From contig CAZCZJ010000001.1 in NCBI GenBank assembly GCA_964503235.1, positions 5,851-69,850 on the forward strand: a stretch of DNA of 64,000 nucleotides. The letters run 5' to 3'. Below are positions 1 through 8,340 of this stretch, piece after piece. The notes beneath the pieces were generated by a model. That model was not told the DNA's origin. It searched no databases and saw nothing but the letters and a program-made list of their open reading frames with translations. Each line of letters opens with the position of its first letter. Positions within the stretch are counted from its first letter, which is position 1. The DNA is from an uncultured Dehalococcoidaceae bacterium. GTDB taxonomy: Bacteria; Chloroflexota; Dehalococcoidia; Dehalococcoidales; RBG-16-60-22. The translations under genes were made by a program, and so were the position numbers.

Positions 1-81
1 GCACTGAGCAATGAAGATACGCAAAAGGCCCTCGCTGATATTGAGGCCGACTTTGTAAAAGTAAGGAGTGTAGCGCAATGA
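1..81 (+). CDS. 3' end of an upstream CDS cut by the window edge. Possibly the N-terminal subunit of a split transketolase.
   Basis: Frame 1 is open from base 1 (ALSNEDTQKALADIEADFVKVRSVAQ*). Its TGA overlaps the next ATG (caATGAaa at 78-81), suggesting translational coupling with the transketolase C-terminal subunit. The product is inferred only from the usual split-tkt gene order. Confidence 0.35.
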   Translation, partial: ALSNEDTQKALADIEADFVKVRSVAQ

Positions 82-1031
82 AAATGACTTTTAACTTCGG
101 TAGTTTTTTATCGGCCAGGTCTGTTATGGGAGATACAATGCATGAGCTGGGTCAAAAGCATAGCAATGTCTGGGCTTTAACCGCTGACACCGGGGGCGCA
201 TTAGTAGCTTTTAAAAAGGATTTCCCCGATAGGTTTATCGATGTTGGCGTCGCGGAGCAAAATTGCGCCGGTATAGCAGCCGGTCTGGCTCTTGAAGGCA
301 ATATTCCGTTCATCGCGGGAATGATCCCGTTCATGACCATGCGCGCCTGCGAACAGAACCGCACCGCGATTTGTTACCAGGACCTCCCGGTACGTTTCAT
401 CGGGACCGGCGGCGGTCTGACTTCCGGCGGCGGCTCAACCCACAATGCGATGGAAGATATCGCAATCATGAAGTCGTTGGTCAATATGACGGTCCTCTCC
501 ATCGGCGACCCGAATATGGTCGGGGATATCATGATTCTGAGCATGGACTATCCGCACCCACTCTATATCCGTCTTGCCCAGGGTAAAAAAGACCGCATGC
601 TCTATGAGCCGGGCACCTTTACTTATAAAATCGGCATGGGAATCACCGCGCGTGATGGCAAGGATGCGACCATTATTGCTCATGGGGAAATGGTCTACGT
701 AGCTCTTGAAGCCGCCACCGCTTTGGCAACCGAAGGAATAAATGTACGGGTCATCGATATGTATTCCATCAAACCCCTGGACAAAGACCTGCTCTACAAG
801 GCTGTCAAGGAGACCGACAACATCGTAGTTCTTGAGGACCATCTCATGGACGGCGGACTGGCAAGCACAATCGCCGATGCATTCGTGGACGGTAACATTT
901 ACCCGAAAAATTTCAAGCGTCTCGGCATTCCCCAGGTATACGCAGGCTTTGGCAGCGGCGAAGAGCAACGTGCAAAATATGGTTATGATGATGTTGCCAC
1001 AATTGCGGCTGTAAAGAAAATGCTGGCATAA
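78..1031 (+). CDS. Transketolase, C-terminal (pyrimidine-binding plus C-terminal domain) subunit
   Basis: 317 aa. The segment FIDVGVAEQNCAGIAAGLALEG and overall layout are typical of the second half of split transketolases and DXS-like enzymes. The start overlaps the upstream stop. Confidence 0.85.
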   Translation: MKMTFNFGSFLSARSVMGDTMHELGQKHSNVWALTADTGGALVAFKKDFPDRFIDVGVAEQNCAGIAAGLALEGNIPFIAGMIPFMTMRACEQNRTAICYQDLPVRFIGTGGGLTSGGGSTHNAMEDIAIMKSLVNMTVLSIGDPNMVGDIMILSMDYPHPLYIRLAQGKKDRMLYEPGTFTYKIGMGITARDGKDATIIAHGEMVYVALEAATALATEGINVRVIDMYSIKPLDKDLLYKAVKETDNIVVLEDHLMDGGLASTIADAFVDGNIYPKNFKRLGIPQVYAGFGSGEEQRAKYGYDDVATIAAVKKMLA

Positions 1032-1069
1032 TCTCGCCGATAGCCTACGTAAAAAGCGGAGGAGATATC

Positions 1070-1990
1070 ATGACTACACAAAAGTATGCAAAATGCCTTG
1101 TTCAGAAACCGGGACCTTTTCCCCTTGAGCTCCAGGGGAAAGGCGGGAGCACCAGTAAAGACCCGGTGCCCGGAGTCAAGGCTACACATCTTATGTCCGT
1201 GGATGAAAGCGTTCTGAAAGGCTTTTTTACAGTGGACTGCTCCTGGTTGTGGAGTGGTGCCGCCAGAGGACCGGTCGGTGAGTCTCACATACACGACTTC
1301 TCTCACGTCATCGGCTTCATGGGCGGGCACATTGATAACCCCCAGGACCTCGGCGGCGAAATATCTATCTGGCTGGATGGCAATGAAGAGACACTTACCC
1401 GTAATGTCCTGATATTCGTGCCTGCTGGTGTGGCACACGGCCCGATTTTGTTCACTAAAATCACCCGTCCTGTCTTTTTCATCACTATCGCCATGACGGG
1501 CAAATATCACTGGAAAAATGTACCGGCTCCTGAAACGCCGAAGGAAAAGAAATACACCATCATGGACCACACCAAGGAGCGGTTCTCCGTCGGCGGCGAC
1601 TTCAAAGAGGCGCCGCGTCCACCAGGACCGAGAACCTCGAAGGGCGCCCGCATCCTGCATATCGAGGAAGACATGGTGCCGGGCTCGTTCTACGTTGACT
1701 TCGTCTGGATTTTTGAAGGCACCGGGGGAGCGCCGGCGCCGGAGCACACCCACGAGTGGCCGGAGCTTATCGCCTGGGCAGGTGCCGATCCCAGCCGACC
1801 GCGTCATGTTGGCGGTGAAATGAGCATTGTCTTGGGTGACGAGACCCACTCTACCGATAAGAGTACCCTGGTTTGCATCCCGGCAGGCACGAAACATTGC
1901 CCGTGGCTGTGGCACGAAATTAAGACGCCTAACTTCAATTTTTCGGCGGGTCCGCAGGGCATGTATTCAGGGTCGCACAAGAGAAGCTAG
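1070..1990 (+). CDS. Hypothetical protein with two cupin-like repeats (bicupin), function unknown
   Basis: Strong RBS (gGGAGGAGatatcATG). Two internally similar halves each carry His-rich metal-site-like motifs (ESHIHDFSHVIGFMG...PAGVAHGP and PEHTHEWPELIAWAG...PAGTKHCP). The 310-aa antisense ORF is treated as a shadow. Confidence 0.6.
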   Translation: MTTQKYAKCLVQKPGPFPLELQGKGGSTSKDPVPGVKATHLMSVDESVLKGFFTVDCSWLWSGAARGPVGESHIHDFSHVIGFMGGHIDNPQDLGGEISIWLDGNEETLTRNVLIFVPAGVAHGPILFTKITRPVFFITIAMTGKYHWKNVPAPETPKEKKYTIMDHTKERFSVGGDFKEAPRPPGPRTSKGARILHIEEDMVPGSFYVDFVWIFEGTGGAPAPEHTHEWPELIAWAGADPSRPRHVGGEMSIVLGDETHSTDKSTLVCIPAGTKHCPWLWHEIKTPNFNFSAGPQGMYSGSHKRS

Positions 1991-2057
1991 GGTAAAATAT
2001 TCCGGAGGTATCAGACTTTTTCAGAAATGTGGAAAACAGAAAATATGTCTCATATAC

Positions 2058-2104
2058 CTGTCATTGCGAGTCCTTTTATAGAAGGACGAAGCAATCCGTT
2101 CTCT
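2058..2104 (+). repeat. Hairpin repeat copy 1 (ctGTCATTGCGAG-[GTCCTT ttatag AAGGAC]-CGAAGCAATCCGTT), 13 nt downstream of the GIY-YIG stop
   Basis: Direct reading. The outer stem is ATTGC/GCAAT and the inner stem GTCCTT/AAGGAC. The same consensus occurs at 2435-2466 (inverted), 7490-7528 and 7544-7578 (inverted). Confidence 0.85.
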
Positions 2105-2117
2105 TTTAAATATCCCT

Positions 2118-2411
2118 CTAAATATGGTCGTAAATATCCAGCCAACCGGGATTCACCGATTCCACAAGTTGATTCTTCCTGGCTCTGGAACTACCTTTCA
2201 ATCGCTTCTCTCTTAAAATCGCATTTTCAGGGTCACTATATATTTCATAATACACGAGCTTATTAATATCGTATCTGGCTGTAAACCCTTTGATAAACTT
2301 ACTTTTATGTTCAAACACTCTTTTCTTTAAATTACTGGCCACTCCTATATACAAAGCGACGTTTGTCCTATTAGTCATAAAATACACATAATATTGTTTA
2401 TCAGATTTCAT
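2118..2411 (-). CDS. GIY-YIG nuclease family protein (small stand-alone, UPF0213-like)
   Basis: 97 aa starting MKSDKQYYVYFMTNRTNVALYIGVASNLKKRVFEHK...REKRLKG. It carries the GIY..YIG-type motif (YVY...YIG) and the conserved R/E/K positions of the family. Confidence 0.85.
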   Translation of the reverse strand: MKSDKQYYVYFMTNRTNVALYIGVASNLKKRVFEHKSKFIKGFTARYDINKLVYYEIYSDPENAILREKRLKGSSRARKNQLVESVNPGWLDIYDHI

Positions 2412-2434
2412 TATACTCTAATGTTTACAGGATC

Positions 2435-2466
2435 AACGGATTGCTTCGCTACGCTCGCAATGACTG
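2435..2466 (-). repeat. Hairpin repeat copy 2, inverted relative to copy 1, 23 nt upstream of the GIY-YIG start
   Basis: The reverse complement reads cagTCATTGCGAG-[CG tag CG]-AAGCAATCCGTT. It has the same outer stem and internal loop but a different, still self-pairing, inner stem. Confidence 0.8.
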
Positions 2467-2537
2467 AAATATTTCGTACGTATAGCATCGGTAATAAAGG
2501 GCAGCACTCCCTCCAGATTCTTATCCTATCTCTACGA

Positions 2538-3515
2538 CTATCCTTTTATCGGCTCCAACCCTGCTTCCAGTCGAGCGTCGTTGATATGAATCAGCACCGC
2601 CTTCTCGAGCGGCATGCAGGAAAACCCGAAATCATCGATAGCCTGCTTCATGCTCACCTTCCACGGTAATCCGAATTTACCCTCCGGGTCCATCATCGAG
2701 CGGTCGCCAAAGGATATATCCGCATCCGGTATATATTTCCTGATTACCTCAGCCATGTCCAGGGCACTCTGAGGCGGTCCGCCGACGTTATAGACAGGGT
2801 GAGGTGATGACGGAGCTTTTATAAGGATTCTGGTAAATTCGGCGAGGTCATCCGCGGAGACCAGCGAAGCAAGACCGCTACCATCCCCTTCCATAGAGAA
2901 TGGCTTGCCAACCGCACAATTCGAGGGCATATCCGACCAGTATTGTGCCGGGGAACGCCCGCCGTGCCCGTAACCGATAGTAGGTCGAACACCGGTGAAG
3001 TTCATGCCAAACTGCTGAGAATAGTCCGCGGCCATTATCTCAGCGTATTTTTTACAGACGGCATAAGAGTGGGTCGGATTCGTCTGGTCATCCTCGGTAA
3101 CTTCCCGGTCGCCGTACATAGCCTGAGGTCCGTACACCGTTTCCGAACTGGCGTAGATAACACGATTCGCTCCCATAATCTTGGCAGCTTCAAAAGAGTT
3201 ATTCATGCCGAGTACGTTCACTTTTGTCTGGAGTCGCGGATCGATTCGAACGCCACCGCCCACCATAATGAAAGCCCAGTTGATTACACTGTCGATGGAA
3301 TGGAGCTTCATCACGTTCATGATATCTTCTATCTGAGATACATCCCCGCGCACATAATGGAACTTATCAACATTCCCTGCGATAGTCTTTATAAACCACT
3401 CCGGGGGCGGCATAAGGTCCATAGATACCACGGTGACAATATCAGGGTCCTTACAGAGGGCAGCCGCAGTTTTCCTTCCGAAAAGTCCGCTGCCTCCCAA
3501 TACCAGTACATTCAT
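2538..3515 (-). CDS. NAD-dependent epimerase/dehydratase family protein (extended SDR)
   Basis: 325 aa. N-terminal Rossmann motif MNVLVLGGSGLFG, and YxxxK (YAVCKKY) in the expected position. Confidence 0.85.
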   Translation of the reverse strand: MNVLVLGGSGLFGRKTAAALCKDPDIVTVVSMDLMPPPEWFIKTIAGNVDKFHYVRGDVSQIEDIMNVMKLHSIDSVINWAFIMVGGGVRIDPRLQTKVNVLGMNNSFEAAKIMGANRVIYASSETVYGPQAMYGDREVTEDDQTNPTHSYAVCKKYAEIMAADYSQQFGMNFTGVRPTIGYGHGGRSPAQYWSDMPSNCAVGKPFSMEGDGSGLASLVSADDLAEFTRILIKAPSSPHPVYNVGGPPQSALDMAEVIRKYIPDADISFGDRSMMDPEGKFGLPWKVSMKQAIDDFGFSCMPLEKAVLIHINDARLEAGLEPIKG

Positions 3516-3567
3516 ATAATACCTCCTGAAATTATAAAGGTGAAAAGCTAAACGATTATAACACTTT

Positions 3568-3596
3568 TTGACAAGCTAGCGCACAGGGACTAAACT
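3568..3596 (+). promoter_or_regulatory. Sigma70-like promoter candidate (TTGACA-17 nt-TAAACT) for the SDR/thiolase operon
   Basis: TTGACA at 3568-3573, a 17-nt spacer, and TAAACT at 3591-3596, about 65 nt upstream of the ATG at 3661. Confidence 0.3.
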
Positions 3597-3660
3597 ATGT
3601 CAGAATACAAGAAATCAGCTTTAACCAGCCTGCAATCCTGTCATGTCTGGGGAGGTTCTT

Positions 3661-4443
3661 ATGCTATTGAAAGATAAGGTGGCTATCGTTACCGGGGGTG
3701 GTTACGGAATCGGCAGGGCAATCGCCCTCGCTTTCGCTAAAGAAGGGGCTGACGTGGTAGTGGCAGCGCGAACCGAATCAGCTCTCCAAGAAGTAGCCGG
3801 AGAAATCGAAAACCTTGGCAGGAAAAGCCTGGCGGTGAAAACCGACCTTTTAAAACCCGAAATGCCGTTGACTATGATAAAAAAAGCTCTGAGTGAATTC
3901 GGTAAAGTCGATATCCTGGTGAATAACTCCGGTGCCGAAGGGCCTATCGCTAACGTTGCCGAGATGGACTTGAAAGGATGGAACGACCTTCTGGCAGTAA
4001 ACCTTACCGGGGCTATGATTTGCTGTCGCTATGTCCTGAATAAAAGCATGATTCCCCGTCAGAGCGGGGCTATTATCAACGTTTCTTCCGCGGCGGGTAG
4101 AAGAGGACTCCCGACCAGAAGCGCCTACAGCTCTTCCAAGTTTGCCCTTATCGGCTTTACCCAGAGCCTGGCGAACGAGGTGGGACGATACGGTATCCGC
4201 GTCAACGCCATCGCCCCGGGGGCAGTCGAGGGTGAACGTCTCGAGAGGGTATTTAACATATCTGCCAAGAACCTAGGCATCACCTACGAGCAGGTGGTGG
4301 CCGGTTCCAACGCACGGTCGGCTCTCGGCAGGATGGTCAAACCCGAAGAAGTCGGTGACCTGGCGGTGTTTTTAGCGTCGGACAAATCCAGCGGTATTAC
4401 GGGGCAAACCATAAATATCGATGCCGGTGCCAACTTCAATTAA
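3661..4443 (+). CDS. SDR family oxidoreductase (3-oxoacyl-ACP reductase-like)
   Basis: TGGGYGIG glycine motif, NNSG, and YSSSK catalytic Tyr/Lys. The ATG at 3661 follows GGGGAGG and is preferred over the track start at 3643. Confidence 0.85.
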   Translation: MLLKDKVAIVTGGGYGIGRAIALAFAKEGADVVVAARTESALQEVAGEIENLGRKSLAVKTDLLKPEMPLTMIKKALSEFGKVDILVNNSGAEGPIANVAEMDLKGWNDLLAVNLTGAMICCRYVLNKSMIPRQSGAIINVSSAAGRRGLPTRSAYSSSKFALIGFTQSLANEVGRYGIRVNAIAPGAVEGERLERVFNISAKNLGITYEQVVAGSNARSALGRMVKPEEVGDLAVFLASDKSSGITGQTINIDAGANFN

Positions 4444-4445
4444 TC

Positions 4446-4826
4446 GTGATAGTAAAAAGGATTAATATGAATTTTATACAATCATTTATTCTCAAGGTTT
4501 ATCCTGTGGCAGTAGTCATTATCGTTCTGGCAGGAATCGGGGTTTTTATTTCGGCGTTCCTGGCTTCAGATATACAACTCCAGATAGCCCTGGGACTGGG
4601 CGGCGTGGGACTATTTTCTCTCGGGCCGATATTCATTAAACTTGCCCGGGATGCCAAGAAAGCACAGGAGAAACTCGACGCCATCATAGCCAAGCTGGAT
4701 GAACTCCAGCAGGAACTGCAAAAGAAAGAAGAACCTGGTAAATCAGGGGTCGCTATCGCTGATATTATCAATTCCAGTCTGAAATTCTACTCTGAATTCA
4801 AGGACAGGGAAAAGAAGGAGGAATGA
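4446..4826 (+). CDS. Small membrane protein with a C-terminal charged coiled-coil tail, function unknown
   Basis: Two hydrophobic segments are followed by KKAQEKLDAIIAKLDELQQELQKKEE. It sits in the operon between the SDR and the HMGCS-like gene. The start is uncertain (GTG 4446 or ATG 4467). Confidence 0.5.
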   Translation: MIVKRINMNFIQSFILKVYPVAVVIIVLAGIGVFISAFLASDIQLQIALGLGGVGLFSLGPIFIKLARDAKKAQEKLDAIIAKLDELQQELQKKEEPGKSGVAIADIINSSLKFYSEFKDREKKEE

Positions 4827-4883
4827 TTTCCTGACGCCCGGTATTATCTCCATTTCCATAATCCGGGAAAGGATTTATAAATT

Positions 4884-6302
4884 ATGGCAGGGATTTTATC
4901 ATACGGAGCCTATATACCTCTCCGCAGGCTGGGACCGGGCACCCAGGGATGGAATGCTACTGGCGAAAAATCCGTAGCCAACTGGGACGAAGACAGCCTG
5001 ACAATGGCGGTAGCCGCCGCTATAGATTGCCTGGGGGATATCGACCGGAAAACGGTTGACGGACTCTATTTCGCCACGACGACGCCGCCCTACGGTGAGA
5101 AGCTAGCCGCCACCACCGCAGCCTGGGCGACCGACCTGCGAACCGATATAGTAACCGCGGATATTACCGATTCGTTACGTGCCGGTACCGCCGCCTTGAG
5201 GATGGCGGCAGACACCGTGGCAGCGGGGACGGCGAAGCGTCTTCTGGTCACCACATCCGACCTGCGAACAGGTTCCGGAAACATGAATAATAATTTAGGC
5301 GATGGCGCCGCCGCTCTACTCATCGGGGATGGCGATGTAATAGCCACTATAGAAGCCGGTTACTCGCTGAATAACGAGTTGCTGGATGTGTGGCGTTCCA
5401 GCGGCGCCGGGAACGTACGCTCCTGGGAAGACCGCTTTGTCTTTGAACAAGGCTATCTAAAAGTGGTACCACAGGCTGTAAAAAGCTTCCTAGAAAAGAC
5501 CGGCATTTCGCTCAATGTCGTTAATAAGGCTATCCTCTACGGACCCGACTTGCGACGGCACCGCCAGATGGCGGGTATACTGGAACTAAAACCAGAGCAG
5601 GTGCAGGACCCCCTTTTCGATAAGTTGGGTAATACCGGCAATGCTTTCAGCCTGATGATGCTGGCAGCCGCCCTCGAAGACGCCCGACCGGGAGATAACA
5701 TACTACTGGTAAGCTATGGCGACGGCGCCGATATCCTCCTGCTGAAGGTAACCGATAAAATCAAAGATATGAAGGAAAGGTGGGGAATCAAGCGTAGTCT
5801 GGCCGCCAAAACGATTTTACCCAGCATCGGCGAATATAACGCTTACCGAGAGTTCGCCAACTCAGACCCTGAGGGATTCGGGGGGTCGTCGGCATCGGTT
5901 ATTGCCCGCGAACGTGACGCTATTTATAGTCTGCACGGCGTGAAATGCCTGACCTGCGGGACCGTCCAGTATCCACCCCAGAGAATATGCACCAACTGTC
6001 ATACCAAAGATAACTTTGAACCCTACAGCTTTGCTGATAAGAAAGGCAGGGTATTTACCTATACGCTGAAGTATGGCGGCGATATCCCGCCTTTCGCCCG
6101 CCCGGGAGTTGACACCATGGTTGATTTTAAAGGCGGCGGGCGGGCGCTTTTCGGGATGACCGACATGATAGCCGATGAAGTAAAAGTGGGCATGGACGTT
6201 GAAATGAGCTTTCGGACGCTGGGTTCAGGCGGGGGTATCCATAACTATTTCTGGAGATGTATGCCATCCCGAGAAAGCTGGCTGGCGAAGGAGGCCAAAT
6301 AG
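4884..6302 (+). CDS. HMG-CoA-synthase-like (thiolase-fold) domain fused to a C-terminal DUF35 zinc-ribbon/OB-fold domain
   Basis: 472 aa. The N-terminal ~340 aa have the HMGCS/KAS-III-like layout. The C-terminus has CLTCG...CTNCH (a CxxC...CxxC Zn ribbon) followed by an OB-fold-like region, typical of DUF35. Leu98 (5175-5177) occupies the nucleophile position. Confidence 0.8.
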   Translation: MAGILSYGAYIPLRRLGPGTQGWNATGEKSVANWDEDSLTMAVAAAIDCLGDIDRKTVDGLYFATTTPPYGEKLAATTAAWATDLRTDIVTADITDSLRAGTAALRMAADTVAAGTAKRLLVTTSDLRTGSGNMNNNLGDGAAALLIGDGDVIATIEAGYSLNNELLDVWRSSGAGNVRSWEDRFVFEQGYLKVVPQAVKSFLEKTGISLNVVNKAILYGPDLRRHRQMAGILELKPEQVQDPLFDKLGNTGNAFSLMMLAAALEDARPGDNILLVSYGDGADILLLKVTDKIKDMKERWGIKRSLAAKTILPSIGEYNAYREFANSDPEGFGGSSASVIARERDAIYSLHGVKCLTCGTVQYPPQRICTNCHTKDNFEPYSFADKKGRVFTYTLKYGGDIPPFARPGVDTMVDFKGGGRALFGMTDMIADEVKVGMDVEMSFRTLGSGGGIHNYFWRCMPSRESWLAKEAK

Positions 6303-7481
6303 ATGGATAGTATTAAAGATAAAATTGCTATCGTCGGGATGGGATGTACCAAGTTCGGCGAAAACTGGGACAAGAGCGCCGAGGACATGATGGTGGATGC
6401 CGCCTCGGAAGCCTGTGAGGACGCCGGGATAGAGCTTAAAGATATTCAAGCGGCCTGGTTCGGCACGACCCGCCTGGGAACCGCCGAACCCTGCGCCACC
6501 GCGCTTAAGCTGGACTATATACCGGTTACCAGGGTGGAGAATTTATGCGCCACCGCCACCGAAGCCCTTCGAAATGCCTGTTTTGGTATTGCGTCAGGCG
6601 TGTATAATGTCGTTCTGGCTATCGGCGTTGAAAAGCTCAAGGACCAGGGCATGGGCGGTCTGGGCACGGTAAGCGGCGCCGGGGGCAACGGCACTCTGGA
6701 ATGGGGTATGTCAGCGGCGATGTTCTTCGCCAGAATGGCTACCCGATACATGAACCACTACCGCTTGAGTTACGAAGAATTTAAGCAAATCCTGGCAAAA
6801 ATCTCGGTAAAGAACCACCACAATGGCTCTCTGAATCCCCGGGCCCATTTCCAGAGAGAGATAACCGAAGAGCAAGCCATCAACGCCCCCATGGTGTCCT
6901 GGCCTCTGGGACTTTATGACGCCTGCGGTGTTAGCGACGGCTCGGCGGCGGCTATTCTCTGTCGGGCGGATATGGCAAAAAACTTCCGCGACGACTATGT
7001 CCTAGTCAAGGGACTGGGGCTGGCGGTAGGTGCGCGCCAGGGATACCTGCAGCCTGACTACGACATGGTTCACATGGAGGAGAGCGTACGCGCTGCGAAG
7101 CAAGCCTATGACATGGCGGGTATCAAAGACCCCTTTAAAGAGATAGACCTTGCCGAGGTGCACGACTGTTTCACCATCACCGAACTGGTTATCACGGAAG
7201 ACCTGGGATTCTGTCCGCGGGGTAAAGGACCGGAATACGTTAAAAACGGCACCTTTAAACTGGACGGCGAACTGGCGGTCAATCCCGACGGTGGACTGAA
7301 AAGCTTCGGGCACCCCATCGGCGCCAGCGGCCTGAGAATGATTTATGAAATATACAAGCAGATGCAGGGAAAGGCCGGCCCACGCCAGCGGAAAAACCCC
7401 AGCCTGGGCTTGACCCATAATTTTGGCTTGAATCCGGGCAGCGGCATCGGCAGCGTGGCGATATTGGGGCAGAGGGACTAA
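6303..7481 (+). CDS. Thiolase, SCP-x / archaeal acetoacetyl-CoA thiolase type
   Basis: 392 aa. IAIVGMGCTKFG N-terminus, nucleophile context VENLCATATEAL (Cys82), HDCFT and GHPIGASG motifs. The start directly abuts the upstream stop (TAGATG). Confidence 0.85.
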   Translation: MDSIKDKIAIVGMGCTKFGENWDKSAEDMMVDAASEACEDAGIELKDIQAAWFGTTRLGTAEPCATALKLDYIPVTRVENLCATATEALRNACFGIASGVYNVVLAIGVEKLKDQGMGGLGTVSGAGGNGTLEWGMSAAMFFARMATRYMNHYRLSYEEFKQILAKISVKNHHNGSLNPRAHFQREITEEQAINAPMVSWPLGLYDACGVSDGSAAAILCRADMAKNFRDDYVLVKGLGLAVGARQGYLQPDYDMVHMEESVRAAKQAYDMAGIKDPFKEIDLAEVHDCFTITELVITEDLGFCPRGKGPEYVKNGTFKLDGELAVNPDGGLKSFGHPIGASGLRMIYEIYKQMQGKAGPRQRKNPSLGLTHNFGLNPGSGIGSVAILGQRD

Positions 7482-7489
7482 TATTTTAA

Positions 7490-7578
7490 GTCATTGCGAG
7501 TCCTTCCGCTGAAGGACGAAGCAATCCGCTTTCTCTCAGGGGACGGATTACTTCGGGCGTAGCCCTCGTAATGACAGG
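7490..7578. repeat. Inverted doublet of the GIY-YIG-associated hairpin repeat (copies 3a and 3b) with no cargo gene
   Basis: 7490-7528 reads GTCATTGCGAG-[TCCTT ccgctg AAGGA]-CGAAGCAATCCG. The reverse complement of 7544-7578 reads cctGTCATTACGAG-[GGC tac GCC]-CGAAGTAATCCG. About 15 nt separate them, in the intergenic gap between the thiolase and CoA-transferase genes. Confidence 0.85.
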
Positions 7579-7601
7579 TATTTATCACTAAGGAGGTCGG
7601 C

Positions 7602-8339
7602 ATGATAAATAAAGTCGTCGGCAGCTTCGATGAAGCGGTAGCCGATATTTTCGACGGTGCCGTTATCCTCATGGGCGGCTTCGGGCCCGCCAACGGAACA
7701 CCGAGCAATTTATTAAGAGCTCTGGCCAGACAGGGTGCCAGCCAATTGACACTCGCCGCCAATACACCAGGATACGGTCGTGCACCGGAGGGTTCCAAGC
7801 CCTTCCGTAAGACTCCACCCAACTATGATGACGGCGGATTGCTGATACAGTCCGGTCAGGTAAAGAAGGTTATCTGCGCTTTCCCCGGTATGAACCGACC
7901 CGGCATGACCGCCCCGCTGCACCAGAAATGGGAAACCGGCGAGCTGGAAGTAGAGATGGTACCCCAGGGTACCCTGGCGGAAAGAATCAGGGCGGCCAAG
8001 GCGGGAATCGGGGCTTTCTATATTCCCACGGGTGCAGGAACGGTTATGGAGAATGGTAAGGAGAAGCGTGTTATTGACGACCGCGAATATATCCTCGAAT
8101 ATCCCCTTAAAGCTGACTTTGCCCTGGTAAGGGCGTATAAAGCCGACCGCTACGGCAATTGCGTTTATCAGGGAACCTCCCGCAACTTCAATCCTGTCAT
8201 GGCGGGTGCGGCCAAGGTAACCATCATCGAGGTTGATAAACTGGTAGAGCTGGGCAGCCTCGACCCGGAAGTAATCGTCACCCCTGGTATCTATGTCGAT
8301 CGCATAGCCGTCAGAGAAAACGGTAGGAAAGGGGCCTGA
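7602..8339 (+). CDS. 3-oxoacid CoA-transferase, subunit A
   Basis: 245 aa. MINKVVGSFDEAVADIFDGAVILMGGFG is a typical family I CoA-transferase A N-terminus. RBS AGGAGG upstream. Confidence 0.9.
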   Translation: MINKVVGSFDEAVADIFDGAVILMGGFGPANGTPSNLLRALARQGASQLTLAANTPGYGRAPEGSKPFRKTPPNYDDGGLLIQSGQVKKVICAFPGMNRPGMTAPLHQKWETGELEVEMVPQGTLAERIRAAKAGIGAFYIPTGAGTVMENGKEKRVIDDREYILEYPLKADFALVRAYKADRYGNCVYQGTSRNFNPVMAGAAKVTIIEVDKLVELGSLDPEVIVTPGIYVDRIAVRENGRKGA

Positions 8340-8340
8340 G

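Noticed and set aside
983-1915. 310-aa minus-strand ORF
   Set aside because: It is antisense to the bicupin gene, which has a strong RBS and recognisable motifs. The minus-strand product is Arg/Gly/Ala-rich and low-complexity, typical of a shadow ORF.
7478-7822. 114-aa minus-strand ORF spanning the hairpin doublet
   Set aside because: Its C-terminal part is simply the translated hairpin repeat (..RIASSFSGRTRND..). The rest is antisense to CoA-transferase A.
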